This document shows, one piece after another, positions 35,985 through 48,904 of a DNA stretch of 64,000 nt. The notes under the pieces are model-generated. The model made no database searches. It saw only the letters and a program-made list of their open reading frames with translations, and was not told the origin of the DNA. Numbering within the stretch: the first letter of the stretch is position 1; every line of letters starts with the position of its first letter. The DNA is from Azolla caroliniana (lineage: Eukaryota > Plantae > Polypodiophyta), in NCBI GenBank assembly GCA_043228905.1, contig JBHGNT010000002.1, positions 2,914,001 to 2,978,000 on the forward strand. Direction: 5' to 3'. A program made the translations under genes and the position numbers.

Positions 35985-38338
35985 TGTGGAGATTGATTGG
36001 TATATGTTACGATTAATTCTAGGAAAGAAGAAGAAAGACAGGTATAAGATCAAAGAGGGGCATACAACTTTTCTCTTGCACAATTGTATGCATGATGGTC
36101 ATGTCTCTTTGAGAATGATGAAATGTCCCTTGGGATTCGAGATGAGAGGGTTCTCGTATTCCCCATGATATATGTATGTAAAGATTTAAGCTCATAGTAT
36201 AATAATAATATTGGAGATTGCCGAGGACGTCAATCGGCATCATCCAATCTCTGAGGGATAAGATATGCATTTCAATGTTGCATTCTTGTGTACTATTGAA
36301 GCTTGCAATTTTTTGTATTTACATGAACAATTGGTGCACTTTGTCTATATACTTTAGAAAGAAAATCTCATGGAGAATTGATTCTTAGGTTAATATGGCA
36401 ACTAACCTCAACCCTAAGAAGCCAATGATATGGTCTATCCTTGGCCATTATCCCTTGACTAGCATTCACATTAACTCCCAAGGGCTGAAGCTTGGAGCAA
36501 TGTCTCTTACATTCCTTCAGAAATGTTTTGTACCATGTGCATTATTAGGCTAAATGTGAATCTATTTAGCATTATATGTATGTTATCAATAACCTGAAGC
36601 TCAATCATTGTTTCATGAAGTATTATGTTCTATAAAATGGTTCCCAAAGTAATAAATGTGCATCTTAGCCAGTGATGGACAAAGCTTCTTCTTCTTCGTC
36701 TTTTGCAAAATGGCTCTCAAAGTAACAAGTGTGCATCTTAGTCATCTACTCCTTGAGGGTGTTGTATTTACTTTTATGCAATAAATCATTCTCTTATTCA
36801 TGATAAAAATGCTAGGACTAATCTAAGGGAAAAGGCCAAATTTTCCCTAGGCGAAGTAATTCTCGAGCACTACTCTAGGGGGAAAGTCCAAAATGTCCTT
36901 AGGGTTTGAGAGTAAGTTTTTAGTAGAGGAGAATGTGGAAAGGCCTAACACAAACACTAGAGCAACCGAATATGAGAAGAGATCCTAAACAACTAATATG
37001 GAGCTCTTGAAAATTTAGTAGAGCCATAGAGCCAAAGGGTCAAGAACAATCCACAACCACCCAGTAATGTGGCAAAATGACATCATGTTGGGTCATCACA
37101 ATAAGACAACATTACTTTCATGTTAGATTGTTGCATAAGGTTAGTTGGACAAGCATCGATCATAGTTGACGTGATAGAAATGTAGATTTAACCCACACTC
37201 AAGCATATCTAGCAATGGATCCTAGGGTATCTAAGGGAACTTCCTCATTGCATCCTTCCTCTCTTAATGAATGGAGAAAATAAAGAGATTAACTCAAATG
37301 GTAACTTGACTCACTCCTCATAAATCAAACTTATTAAACTTAACCAAAGGAAAGAGAAATCATACACAAGTTAACCGACAATATTTCTTTTTTCCTCACT
37401 AACCACATTTACAAGAGTAGATCTTAAGTGCTTAAAATGCAAGTTTTAAGCTTGAAATTAGAAGGTTAAGCCAAGATTAAGGCAAAGAAATTTATATTTT
37501 TGTTTATTACTCCTTTTTTAATATTTTGCAATATATGTCCCTTTTCACATTTGTAGGCATTGATTCTTACTCTTAAGGCATTTATTAGTATGTCTCATTA
37601 TGGCTTAGCATCTTCCTCACCTATTGAATGCACACTCCTAAGTGCATCAAGCATAGGGTGGGACGATCTATTGTAGTCCACAAGCTTAATGCATGGGCGT
37701 GAAGAGGTGAGAAACTGGTATTCGAGTGGGGTTTCATGAGAAAGAAGTGGAAATGGATGGTGGGGAAATGGGCACAATTCACTAGCAAGGGGGAATGGAG
37801 TAGGCCGATGTGTTTGAGCAACATGATGGTACTTAGCCAAAGAAATGGAGAGTTTCTCAAGATTAGGTACTACTAATTTCTTGGTTGGTGATTTTAATGC
37901 CTCCTTTTGCACTCCCACTAAAATTTGTTTCTTACTTGGGTATTCTTCTTTACAACTACCTCAAGTTCCCATTTACATTGTTGTTGTGAGACATGCAAGA
38001 ATGTGTGTCGACCATTGTGTAAGCTAACTATTAAAATAAACTCTAATCCTACTCTATACCCTAATCACTTTCACACAATTAAGCAGATTCTTAACTTATG
38101 TGAGACTTTACCATGATCCATGCACGTAATTGAAGAGTAACATGGCAAGACATAAGCAATTCGCCAAACCTTTCATTAGTGCACGTTTTAGTTAGAAGCT
38201 TAAGTTAATTATAATAGTTGGACTTATAACTTGAGATTAAGAAAATGATTAAGGCCTCGCTTTATATAGCTCCCGCGCTCCAACCACTCTTTTTATAGTT
38301 TCGCCTTTATATTTCTTCCTTGTTTTACCTTTACAATT

Positions 38339-38385
<47 letters not shown>

Positions 38386-38559
38386 AATGAGTTAGGAAGG
38401 TACTTAAGATCCCAACTGACCTAATTTGTGCACTCTATTGAATGCATGAAGGGATCATTGAGATACAGATGGGGAAGAGAGTTACTTAAGCTCAACGGAG
38501 ATCTCAAAAGAATAAGGAAATGGCATGCAATGGAGGATATGTAGGAAATGGGATGCAAT

Positions 38560-38990
38560 GTTTGGTTTTAGCTTAATTGGTTTGACCTTCTCCAAACCAA
38601 ACCGGCTAGGCCATAACCAGTTTGAGAGTTTTCAAACTTGAACCGAACCGGTTCCCAAACCGTTTTAGCATTAACCGGTTTAGAAATGAGTTTGGCACGG
38701 CTTGGTTTCAGCTTAATTGGTTTGACCTTCTCCAAACCCAACCAGCTAAGCCATAACCGGTTTGAGAGTTTTAAAACTTGAACCAAACCGGTTCCCAAAC
38801 CTTTTTAACCTTAACCGGTTTAGAAACTAGTCTGGCACTGAACAACTCAGTTTGGCTTGAGCCTTACCAATATGAGCTCAAACCGGTTAAAGAGGCTCAA
38901 GCTTGAACCGAGCCAAACTGAATTGCCAAATCATTAAAAATGATTTAACGACTCAGTTCAGGCTTGAGCCGGGCCATTGTTGACTCTTAG
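38560..38990. repeat. AACCGG-rich MITE-like remnant with a 140-bp tandem duplication
   Basis: AGCTTAATTGGTTTGACCTTCTCCAAACC at 38570 and 38710, and dense AACCGGTT. The right end resembles 11070-11140. Confidence 0.5.
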
Positions 38991-39399
38991 AGGAGAGGCG
39001 GGAAGCAAGATGGGACAGAGGATGTGAGGAGGTAGTGGAGAGGGACATTGACGATGAAAAGCTTCATGGACATGCAAGAAGTCTTCACTTTAGTTGGAGT
39101 ACTAGGTGTGATGCTTTTAGTTGGTCTCACTAAGCACATGTCTTTGTATCAATGGAGCTAAGTCTCCATGCCAATATGATTTTACCAAGGGGTTCATGTG
39201 TCCGTATTCCCTATTAATGCAAGGTCAAACAAGAGTGGTTGTTAAGCACTCGCAAGCTACTAATTTATAGCTCATTTATAAAAGCGCCAAACATTACTTT
39301 TATAACTCATTTATAAAAGTTTGGCCAATTTCATCTCAGGATAGCCAATAGGCTTAAACCTCTAGAACCACTTTGTTGTATTCCCTTTTCTATTCATGA

Positions 39400-42222
39400 T
39401 CTCATAATCAATCATTAGTACCAATGTCAATACCCATGTCTTCATGGGTCATGCTACATACAACAAGTACTTAAGATCGAGTGAGGGTGAGAGAGGGTTG
39501 ACAAGAGAGCAATATGAGATAGCACCAACAAGTCATGTTTAGATCACATGTTGAGAAGAGAGGGTTGACGAATGTGACTAAAAGTGAAAAAGGGAAAACA
39601 AAACAATGTTTGTCAAGGACTCAAAATTGTGGAGGTAAGACGAGGGTAACCCCCATGAAAAATTCACAAGATTATTTGATGTTGAGTGGGACCTTAGTTA
39701 CAATCCAACACGAGGCCCCAATGGGGGTTTTCGAACTAGTGGAAAAAGTAGCCTTCAAAAAGGATTGAGGAGAGGGAATACAAAGGATAGTGAAGAAACG
39801 GATAGAAGCTTGGATGATGGAATCAAGGATATGGACATGATTGTGGGTGAAGTCTTCCATGATCCACACTATACCATCTTCGATTGGTTTCATGTGGCAC
39901 GGTTTTGGGAAAGAAGTCCATTTAAAGTTTAAACTAAAGCAAGGCACACCTTTGTTGTACATTATAGAAATCAGACCAAGACCAATGACAAGGAAGAGGA
40001 TAAAATCTTGGGTGGGTACGGATGGTTGGTGGGTGAATAGCAAATTGGTGGCAAAAATAATGACCTTGGTGCATGTTAGTGAAGAGTGGGGGTGCCAAGA
40101 TGATTGGTGATAGTGTGAGACCAACCTCATTCTTTTAGGGAGAAGTGTTGGACCACACTTTGAACTTAACAAATGATTGGGAAATGTCGACTTGTTGCTT
40201 GGGGTAGAGGTGTGTGAGTAGGAGTAATAGTTCAAATATTTCACATTTCTATGGAAGTGGTGTAATTTAGTGATGGTTGGGGCAATTTGTAGACCACTCA
40301 CCTGTTTCCATATCTAAGTGGAGGGTAGCTCATTTTATCATCTCCTTGGTGAGACTTTGAGATTTTGGTGGTTTGGTGAAGTTCTTGTGTCAAGGTGCAT
40401 ATCATCTAATCTAAGCCAATGTACATATATAGATCATCAGTAGTGGTATGGGATGATGTTGAGGTTTAGGTATCGTCGCAAATCCTTTGCTCTGGGATAG
40501 TCAAGAGGAATGACGTTTGGGCACCTATTTATTTCTTTATTTTCAATAATCACACAAGTTTTGATCTAATTGTAAAGTTATTGGTGTCATGGGATGGTGG
40601 AAAACAATGGTGGATGATGAGTTGTGTGGGGGGTAAGTCATCAAGAAACATTTTCTAAGGAGAGTAGTTCTAAGGGGGTGGTAGGCCTGTGGGTTTGTGG
40701 GGGAGAGACTAGGGCCTTGGTGTTCATGATGGGAGATGTGCAATGTGAATGGGTGGTAATAAGAAGGTGGGGAGTGTTGGTTGTGAACTTAGTGCTGAAG
40801 AGGGATAAATAGATGGGTATACCTTTTTAACGTTGTTGTGAGAATCCGTCACTATGTGTGGATCGTGAGGCGGAACCGCCAGGGTTATGGATTGAAAGGA
40901 ATTAGGTCTCACACACACAACACGAGGAAGGCACGCATATTCAAACGTGTTTGTGAAAAGGAGAGGTGCACAGGCAAGCCCGAATCAACCCCTAGTCACA
41001 AGGTGAGTGAATGCACAAGAGGAAGGCTTACGCATGGACACAAGGCAAAGGCTTACATACACACACGGAAGACAAATTTTTGAATGCCTTTGGGAAAGGA
41101 GAGGTGCATGGGCAAGCCCGAACATTCCCTTATCACAAGACACACAAAAATGCAAACAAGATTTACACACGAGAGACAAAGTTTCGAATGCTCTGTGAAA
41201 GGAGACAAACCCGAATGCTCCCTTGTCACAAGACACATGAACACACAAGCAAGGTTTACACACAAGAGACAAAATTTCAAATACCTTTGTGAAATGAGAG
41301 GTACATGGGCAAGCCCAATTGCTCTCTTGTCACAAGACACACAAACACACAAGAAAAATTTACATTAACACCCAAGACACAAAAGTTTGAATGCCTTTGT
41401 GAAAGGAGAGGTGCATGGACAAGCCTGAAACGCTCCATTGTCACAAGACACACAAACACACAAGAGCAAGTGGCAATAACACATAAGACACGTAGGTGAA
41501 AGAAAACATTAGTTTATTGCAAAATAATAGATTCTTTTATAAAATAAGAATCATGTTACAACAGGTTGGATATGAATATGAGAGACAATTTATAAAGGAA
41601 GGGGGAAGAGAGGTGGAGAAAAGAAGAGAGTGGAATATAGAAGAAGGACATTCTTTGTTGATGATGCCTCTTGATGTTGTTGATCCTTCTTCTTCCGCTT
41701 TCCAATTGAGTAGAGTTTCCGCGTTCCTCTTCCCTCCCTCCCATCTCCTCTAGAATAGGCTCTTATCTATTGCTTGCTTTTTCCCCTAAAAAAAAAGCCT
41801 ATTTATGTGAGTCGGTTTCCCTTTCATCACTATTTTTGTTCCGTAACCTCAAATTTTACATGCAAGATATTCATGGAAAGTTCTTTATGTTAGCTTTCTT
41901 ATGCATCTTTCCTTTTCTAATTTGGACATCAGAGGAGGACATTACGAGCTTTTTACTCTACCTTGCTCCTCATATCCACGACTAGCTTTTCTTTTCCCAT
42001 CTTTTTCTCTACTTTTCTCTACTTTTGAAAACCGCGTCTAACTTTATATTCCTCATAATTTATTGTAAGATTTAATCCTTTGACCTTTTATTTACAAGGA
42101 ACTCTCTTTGAAAAAGTATTTTCTTAATAATAAAGTTGACTTCATAATACTAGTTTATTTGAACTAATATTTTACTTCTTGTCGAGTGTGCGTTCACACT
42201 ATGTGTCAAAAACATCACGACA
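39400..42222 (-). mobile_element. Highly degenerate LTR retrotransposon remnant (probably gypsy), with candidate LTR 40834-42222
   Basis: TGTTGTG...CACGACA termini and ~100-bp tandem units at ~40940-41490. Only weak gag/protease-like traces lie to the left. No TSD found. Confidence 0.4.
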
Positions 42223-42229
42223 CAATCCA

Positions 42230-43249
42230 TAGGAGCTCAATATATGAGAAGAGCCCTTGTGTGACATGCCTTGGCCCATGTACAAAGCCAAGCAAGGGTC
42301 AACCAAGCAAGAATTTGATAGAGATAAGGTGTTTAGTATCTTTACAGTGGAATATTCCAACTTTGGCAAAACAAAATCTTATATTCCCAATTTAATAAAG
42401 CATATTTTTATCGTATACTCTTTGCTCCTTGAATCATAGCTATCTCCATCTCTTCTATGTGTTCGTCTCTCTATCTTTAATTTACGAACTCTCCTCGTTT
42501 ATAACTCTGCTTAGTTTGAATACATATTTAAGGTTCAAAAAAGTCCCTCACATCAACTTCCTAGAATTGCATGGGAAGCAAGCAAAAATATTCAAAAGAC
42601 ATATAAAAGTAAAATTTTAGGTTCCAGTTAGATTTAAGATATAGAAAAATGGTTTGGTAGATGGAATGCAACACACTTTCTTCATGATGCATCACTAGAT
42701 TCCTGTATAAATGAGGCCTTTTTGCAACACCAATGTATTCAATGCCATGGGACAAATGTGCATGCTCACGCTTCACACATTATACAATACATGTTGCACC
42801 CAACTACAAAACCATATTATTCGCGAAACGGGGAAACCGTACACATCGATACATGTTAGAGCCCATCCCATAGTCTGCCATTTGAACCATTGCTTCCATG
42901 CGAGTTAGCTCACATGCATTGCAATGTGAGACGTGGCGTTGGGGCACAAGTGATGAGAGTGGTCGATTATGCACACTTTGCCCTAACCAAGTTCAAGAGT
43001 CTAAGTATCACACTTTGATACAATGCTCTGCCTTTGATCATATTCGACCATGTTTTCCACACATCTTCGACCAAGCCCAATCCTTGCATGAATTTCTCTC
43101 ACAACCACAAGGTGCACTCTCGATTGCAACATTCATGGTAATGTTCTTGAACATTGAGAGTTGCTACTAACTTTCATATGTATCATGTGAAAAATGTTAC
43201 CATATTCTTGGTCTCATAGGTCATATTTGACTTCCGAAGACGATAATAG

Positions 43250-43305
<56 letters not shown>
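42230..43305 (+). mobile_element. 3' fragment of a second RTE/L2-like LINE ending in (CT)n
   Basis: RVSSHALQCETWRW..CTLC..ESKYHTLIQC parallels the C-terminus at 16140-16300; (CT)n tail at 43252-43305. Confidence 0.7.
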
Positions 43306-43309
<4 letters not shown>

Positions 43310-44534
43310 CTTTTTTCTTTTTTTCGTAAATGAATGTTTTGTTATTAAAACAAGATGATAATACAACCCTTGCTACCTTCACTACATCATGAGTAGTGAT
43401 AATGCATGGGAAACCCTCTCAAGTGTTGCAAAACTAGATGTCATACCTCTATCTCCTCTCGGGACAATGTCCCCAAACAACATAGTTACGAAAATTGCCA
43501 CATCAATTTCCCTTTCATCCTACGAAGTTGTTGTGTTACCCCATGAAGTCCATCAAACAAGAACCCATTTCTCATGGTCCAAAAAAACCACATCCCCAAT
43601 ACCTAAGGTAGTCAAACACGACCTTATATGATGGTGCAGGCATGCCTTTATCGTCATCAATATAAACCCAATTAAAAGGTGACAAAATATTGCCTATTAT
43701 CGATGCCCAAATTTGTGATATAACCACCCAAATGGCTTTAGCAACCGGACATGTAATGAACATGTCTGGCATCTTCCTTCACCACCGTGCAAAAAAAACA
43801 TGTCCCATTTGAAATATTTCGCCGTTTTAAAGCCATTGCCAAAGGCAACCCACCAACAATCGCACGCCAAAGAAACACCTTAGCACAAAACAGAAGATGT
43901 GACTGCCATCCTGCATCCAAAACTCTAGTCCACCACTTTGCATGTCGAGTAATATACCATGTGTTTGCAACCTTGGTTGCTAACCAAGCTCTATCTTCAA
44001 CCAACTTATGGTATACATCATTAGTGTTCACCACAAAAATTGATTGTCCAATACCAAATGACCAATCTTTCCATGGGTCCGCAACCAGCAACATTGGAAT
44101 CGGGAAAACTAATCTAGGCAATGCCAATATTGATTCCCAAATGTACCGATATCCCTGTGGTATATGAAACTTATTTCTAATTGTCCTAAAGGCCATCATT
44201 TTCCTACATGACTGTAATATACCATCTTCCATCGTTACCAATCCCGGCCTAGCCATTGGATTAAACTATGTATTTAAGCTTTCTTTTCCATCCCAATGTA
44301 GTAGCCTTGAAGATGCCAATACCTCTGCTGCCAAGGAATTAGTATCTTTTCTACACTCAGGGGGGCTCCAATGAAATAATTCCAAACATCGCTGCCAAGA
44401 AAGCACTAATTGTTGGACCATAATAGATTCTGAACAACATGCCACCACGATGTTCTAATTCTGGTTTTCCCATGGTATATACCAACCTTTTCCACAAAAT
44501 AACGAATTATTTCTGCCCAAGGTTGGGTACCTAT

Positions 44535-44582
44535 TGTCGTGACTTGAGAATAAGAGAGAGAAAAATAAGATGACAATAGAAG

Positions 44583-44631
<49 letters not shown>

Positions 44632-45009
44632 ACTAGAAATGGAAAGAGAGTTTATATTATAAGAGAACAAGGATTACAAAGAGTAGGCTAAGGGGCTACA
44701 AACTGGTGTTAAACCGAATGAGTTGTGATAAATGAATAGACACCTATTTATAGGTCCTTATGGAGTATTCTAGAATCTTCTAGAGTATTTTAGATATTTA
44801 TGATATTTAATATAATAATGGAATATCCTAGAATGTTCTGGAATACTCTAGAATGTTCTAGAATACTCTAAATATCTTGTAATAACTAATAATACATTTA
44901 TCATAACTATACATCATATATGTTAGTATAATGGTTAAAGGTCTAACATGTAGACCAAGATGTCTTGGGCTCGAATCCTTGTAAGGCCAAAATGTATGTC
45001 ATCATGACA
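44535..45009 (-). mobile_element. Solo LTR (475 bp)
   Basis: TGTCGTGA...TCATGACA termini; TSD CCTAT at 44530-44534 and 45010-45014; CCTATAAATAGG TATA on the minus strand at 44742-44753. Confidence 0.9.
44768..44870. promoter_or_regulatory. Heat-shock-element (nGAAn inverted pentamer) array in the solo LTR
   Basis: TTCtaGAAtcTTC at 44768; GAA at 44821/31/41/51/61 alternating with TCC, TTC, CTC, TTC, CTC. Confidence 0.65.
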
Positions 45010-45422
45010 CCTATGCACATACCTTTCAACAGATTGAATCTTCGAGCCACCATATGATCCTCCAAATTTAGTAATGCAACTCCCCCTAACCGTTTTGGAG
45101 TGCAAATATTGTTCCATGATACCCAACTCATACCCAATCTTGATTCTTTCTTCCACAATGTATATTTAGGTGAACGAGCTAATTGATCAAGTGATTTCTT
45201 TGTCCAAGGTAATAATGGCAAAAAATAAGAAATCATTGGAATCATTATAGCTTGTACCACTTTGAGACGAGTACTAAATGGCCATGGTTGAGACTTCCAA
45301 TACAAAAATTTGTCTAAAATGGTCCCCAACATCCAATTCAAACTTTTAGATGTTGAGATATCAACACCAATAGGGTAACCTAAGTGCCGACACACATTGC
45401 CTTGATCCAATATTTCTCTCTC

Positions 45423-45490
<68 letters not shown>

Positions 45491-48400
45491 CTCTCTTTTC
45501 GCTTTATGAGGACTACCTATCTAATTCTATAAATCTTGACACATTGTAAGACATAATGTACAATTTTAGAACAAACTACTAATGTCTAGAGGATTGAATC
45601 AAAGGGACATGTGAATGACAATGGGCTCTTCTAACTAGGAACTTTAACAAAAGATATCTTTTATAAAAGTGTAGTGGATCAAATTACTTCATGACCACAC
45701 CAAGGAATAGTGACATTAGTACATGAATGATGACAAAGTGACAAGTTTGTGTGTTGCAACTACCATGACAAGTTTGGGTGTTGCTCTACAAAATGACACA
45801 TGTATGTATGAACATGTTGTATCTGCACATAAATACTTATAAGTGCATGAATGCATATACACTTATTTATATATGTGAAAAACAGATTGCACATTTTACC
45901 CAACAAATAATTCCCTTGATGGTAGAGTTTATAACTTCCATTAATAACTAACTAGAATGCCCAAACAAATTTATTATTGATTGGAATATTATATTTTACA
46001 TGGTCGTGGGATCATTCCTAGCAAGGCCATTATGGTTTTGGGTATATTTGGCATGGTTATGGGTGTCAAATCTAACCAATGCATTACTAACTAGGATATG
46101 TTTGGAATCGTTGCATGAGTCTAACATGGTTTACCTCGTGTTTGCATAACACCATCTCTAAAAATTCTCTAGAAATAACACACACAATCAAGTGCAAGTT
46201 GATGTTAGCTATGATTCCATAATCGTTGCTTAGTTTTCACGCATTTGATTGTTTCTCTTTGTTTAGAACTATGTAGCCTTTTGAAGAGGGCTTTAGAGGA
46301 GCATCCTTTGTCTCACAATGACATTTGACAACCATACACCTACAATGATATCTCCTTTTCACCATTTTCAAATTTTCTTTTAGTGCTTTTGAGAATAACT
46401 TAGACATTAGTGTTTTGTGTATTTTCACCCCATCTTGAGGTTTTCGTATAAATTAGAAGTGTTAATACCAATATAACACAATTTACTTTATCCAAAAACA
46501 TACGAAGTAATAGTTTCTCTTCAAAATTACATAAGAAGAAGCTAAAAGTTTTAGACATAACTGGTTGTCTTTTCCAAACCCTTTGTCGAATATCACCATT
46601 CAAAAAGCAAAGGGTTCCCTTTCTTAACCGGAGGACTACATATTTGCATGTTACCTAGATTATTAAAGGTTTTACGGCCTCAAAGTCCATCATTATTTTA
46701 GAAAGTAATCCCAAAGTAAGAAGGATGCATCTTGGCCAAGTAGGTTGGACGTTATTTTATAAGTTCTTTTGTATGATATATATCATTTTTTCTTTTCCAT
46801 GATAAAAAGGTTTCTTTTGCATTTGCAATTGATCACAATCAATATCAACTTTTTTCTTTTCACTACTGAAAAGCAATCATCAACAACAAAGAAAATCACT
46901 CGAGAAATAGTCTTGTCCTCTCTTTATTGTAATTCATCTATGTTGTTTAAACTTACCATCGTTGCCCAACATTATAAAACTCTAGAACACGCATCCATGA
47001 TTGTAATGCTTAACCAAATATTATGAGGATCATCAATAGTTTCTTCAATCACCGACATTCCGTAATAAATGTAAATAATAAATTTCAATTGTAGAACGAT
47101 TTCCATGATGATTTATGAAATGTTAGTCCCAAGAGGTCTTACACCATCAACTTAAAGTTGAAACAAGGATCGTAACTTTGGATAGTGAAATCTGCAGACC
47201 CCATTAATATGTGTTGCCCAATACTTGTGATGTACATTCACATGTTCTTAACTAGCCATATTCTCGGGTGGCTCTGATTTTGATTCTGAAACACATGTAC
47301 ATAAGACTACAAAGTTATAACATTGGACACATTATAACTTTGCCACACCGAACATGCTTCTACTATTTCTATCCACTAAGACGAGAGCCACACAAGGAAA
47401 ACAAGCGTGGGTGGGCATCCTATCGTCAAAGGGAAAATATTAAGTTGGCAAGCATATGATGTGAATAGAGTTTCGTGAGTGCAATCAACCTCTTTAGGAA
47501 GCATTTAAGTTATTTGTATTCGGCAAGAGTAAAAAGTGCCTCACAAGTTGGGGCAGTTTCTGTGATATGGACAAGCAGTGCCTTTACTCTTTTTTTGCTC
47601 ATGGTTAATGTAAAGTAGTTTTCTCTCAAAAAATCAGAGATATTTCCTCGTGTATGACACATCTATCACGTCGATTTGGTTAACAGTTGCTCTCCTAGAG
47701 CATGTTCTATGTCATTACATTATCCCTCCAAGTTTGTGATCTAGGTAACTTGTATTCAAATCTTCTTGTCCATCAATGAATAAGTAGACTTGAGATAAGA
47801 TGAGATTCTCCCTAACATTTAGATAGATATATAGTTGTATAAAGTTGTTTGTGTTAAATATCCCGCTTGATTTTTGTATTGATCAAAATACTATTCACTT
47901 TCTCATAATGTGCAAAAATGTCGTAAAACCCCTAAAAGACCAATGCCAACTACCAATTTGAGTACAATTCTTGCATCTTTACACTACCACTAATTTTGGA
48001 GCACTCTTCTTACATGTAGATGTTTGGAAGTCTTGTTTCTATGCCATGCAATTTTTGCAACACTACTCGTACATCTAAGTGATGTGTTTGGAGGTCTCAT
48101 TTCTAAGTTATGTACCTTTTATTGCCTCAAGCATATCCGTACAAATGAAATGACTGCTCAAAGAACATCTGTACAAAGGACTGCTTCAGAGAAATACATC
48201 CTTACAACTGTTCAAGATACAAGCAATGTGAATGTCATAATTGCAAGAGTTTTTCAGATATCTATTGATGATTGGATATGACGACAACTTGTTTACTGCT
48301 TTTATCTACATTTTATTTGATCAAGAATTCGATGCAGATAGTTATAAATGGGTAGTAATGAATAATCTTGGAAACTTTTGTTCTGTTTTCTAGTGCACAG

Positions 48401-48904
48401 TCTGACCACTTTCATAAATGCACCTTTTTTGCCCCTAAGTCACCAAGTTGTAGCCGAATGTAAACAAAGTTTAACAACATTTCAATACATACAGCTAAAG
48501 ATGTAAATTCCTTTCAGCTGCCACCATAACATATTTGCGCAGAAGAATTGCAAGGTAAGTCACACAGACCAAGTAATCACAGCCCAAATTTGGGGCATCT
48601 CAACAGTTTCTTTAGAAAGTTGTGGGTATATTCTCACAATTATGAAAACAGAGAGGGGTATCATCAAAAAGAGTCCGACATACATAAGGCTTTCAAGGAA
48701 ATGTCTCACTCTAAGCATTACCATGACATATTGGATACTCTCCCAGTAAAGATATCTACTCCACATCCATGAAGACATTTTCTCAATAAAAGAGGTTAAG
48801 GAAAGTGGTAGATTATCATATAATAACAAAACAAAACAAAAAAATCCTTTCTAATCTATCTATCTATTTAATGTAAAAGTGAAGAAGTTTTTTTTTTTTT
48901 TTTT

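Larger units (their letters stand above)
43306..45414 (-). mobile_element. 5'-truncated L1-type LINE (RT end and zf-RVT), split by a solo LTR
   Basis: RHLGYPIG, VSWNNICTPKRLGG, KVFLWRAIVGGLP..CFFC..EDARH. A-rich tail next to 43305. The frame GMCIG-TQPW is rejoined across the LTR. Confidence 0.82.

Noticed and set aside
46200-47110. Remnant gene or LINE ORF1 on the minus strand
   Set aside because: Only short ORFs without diagnostic motifs.
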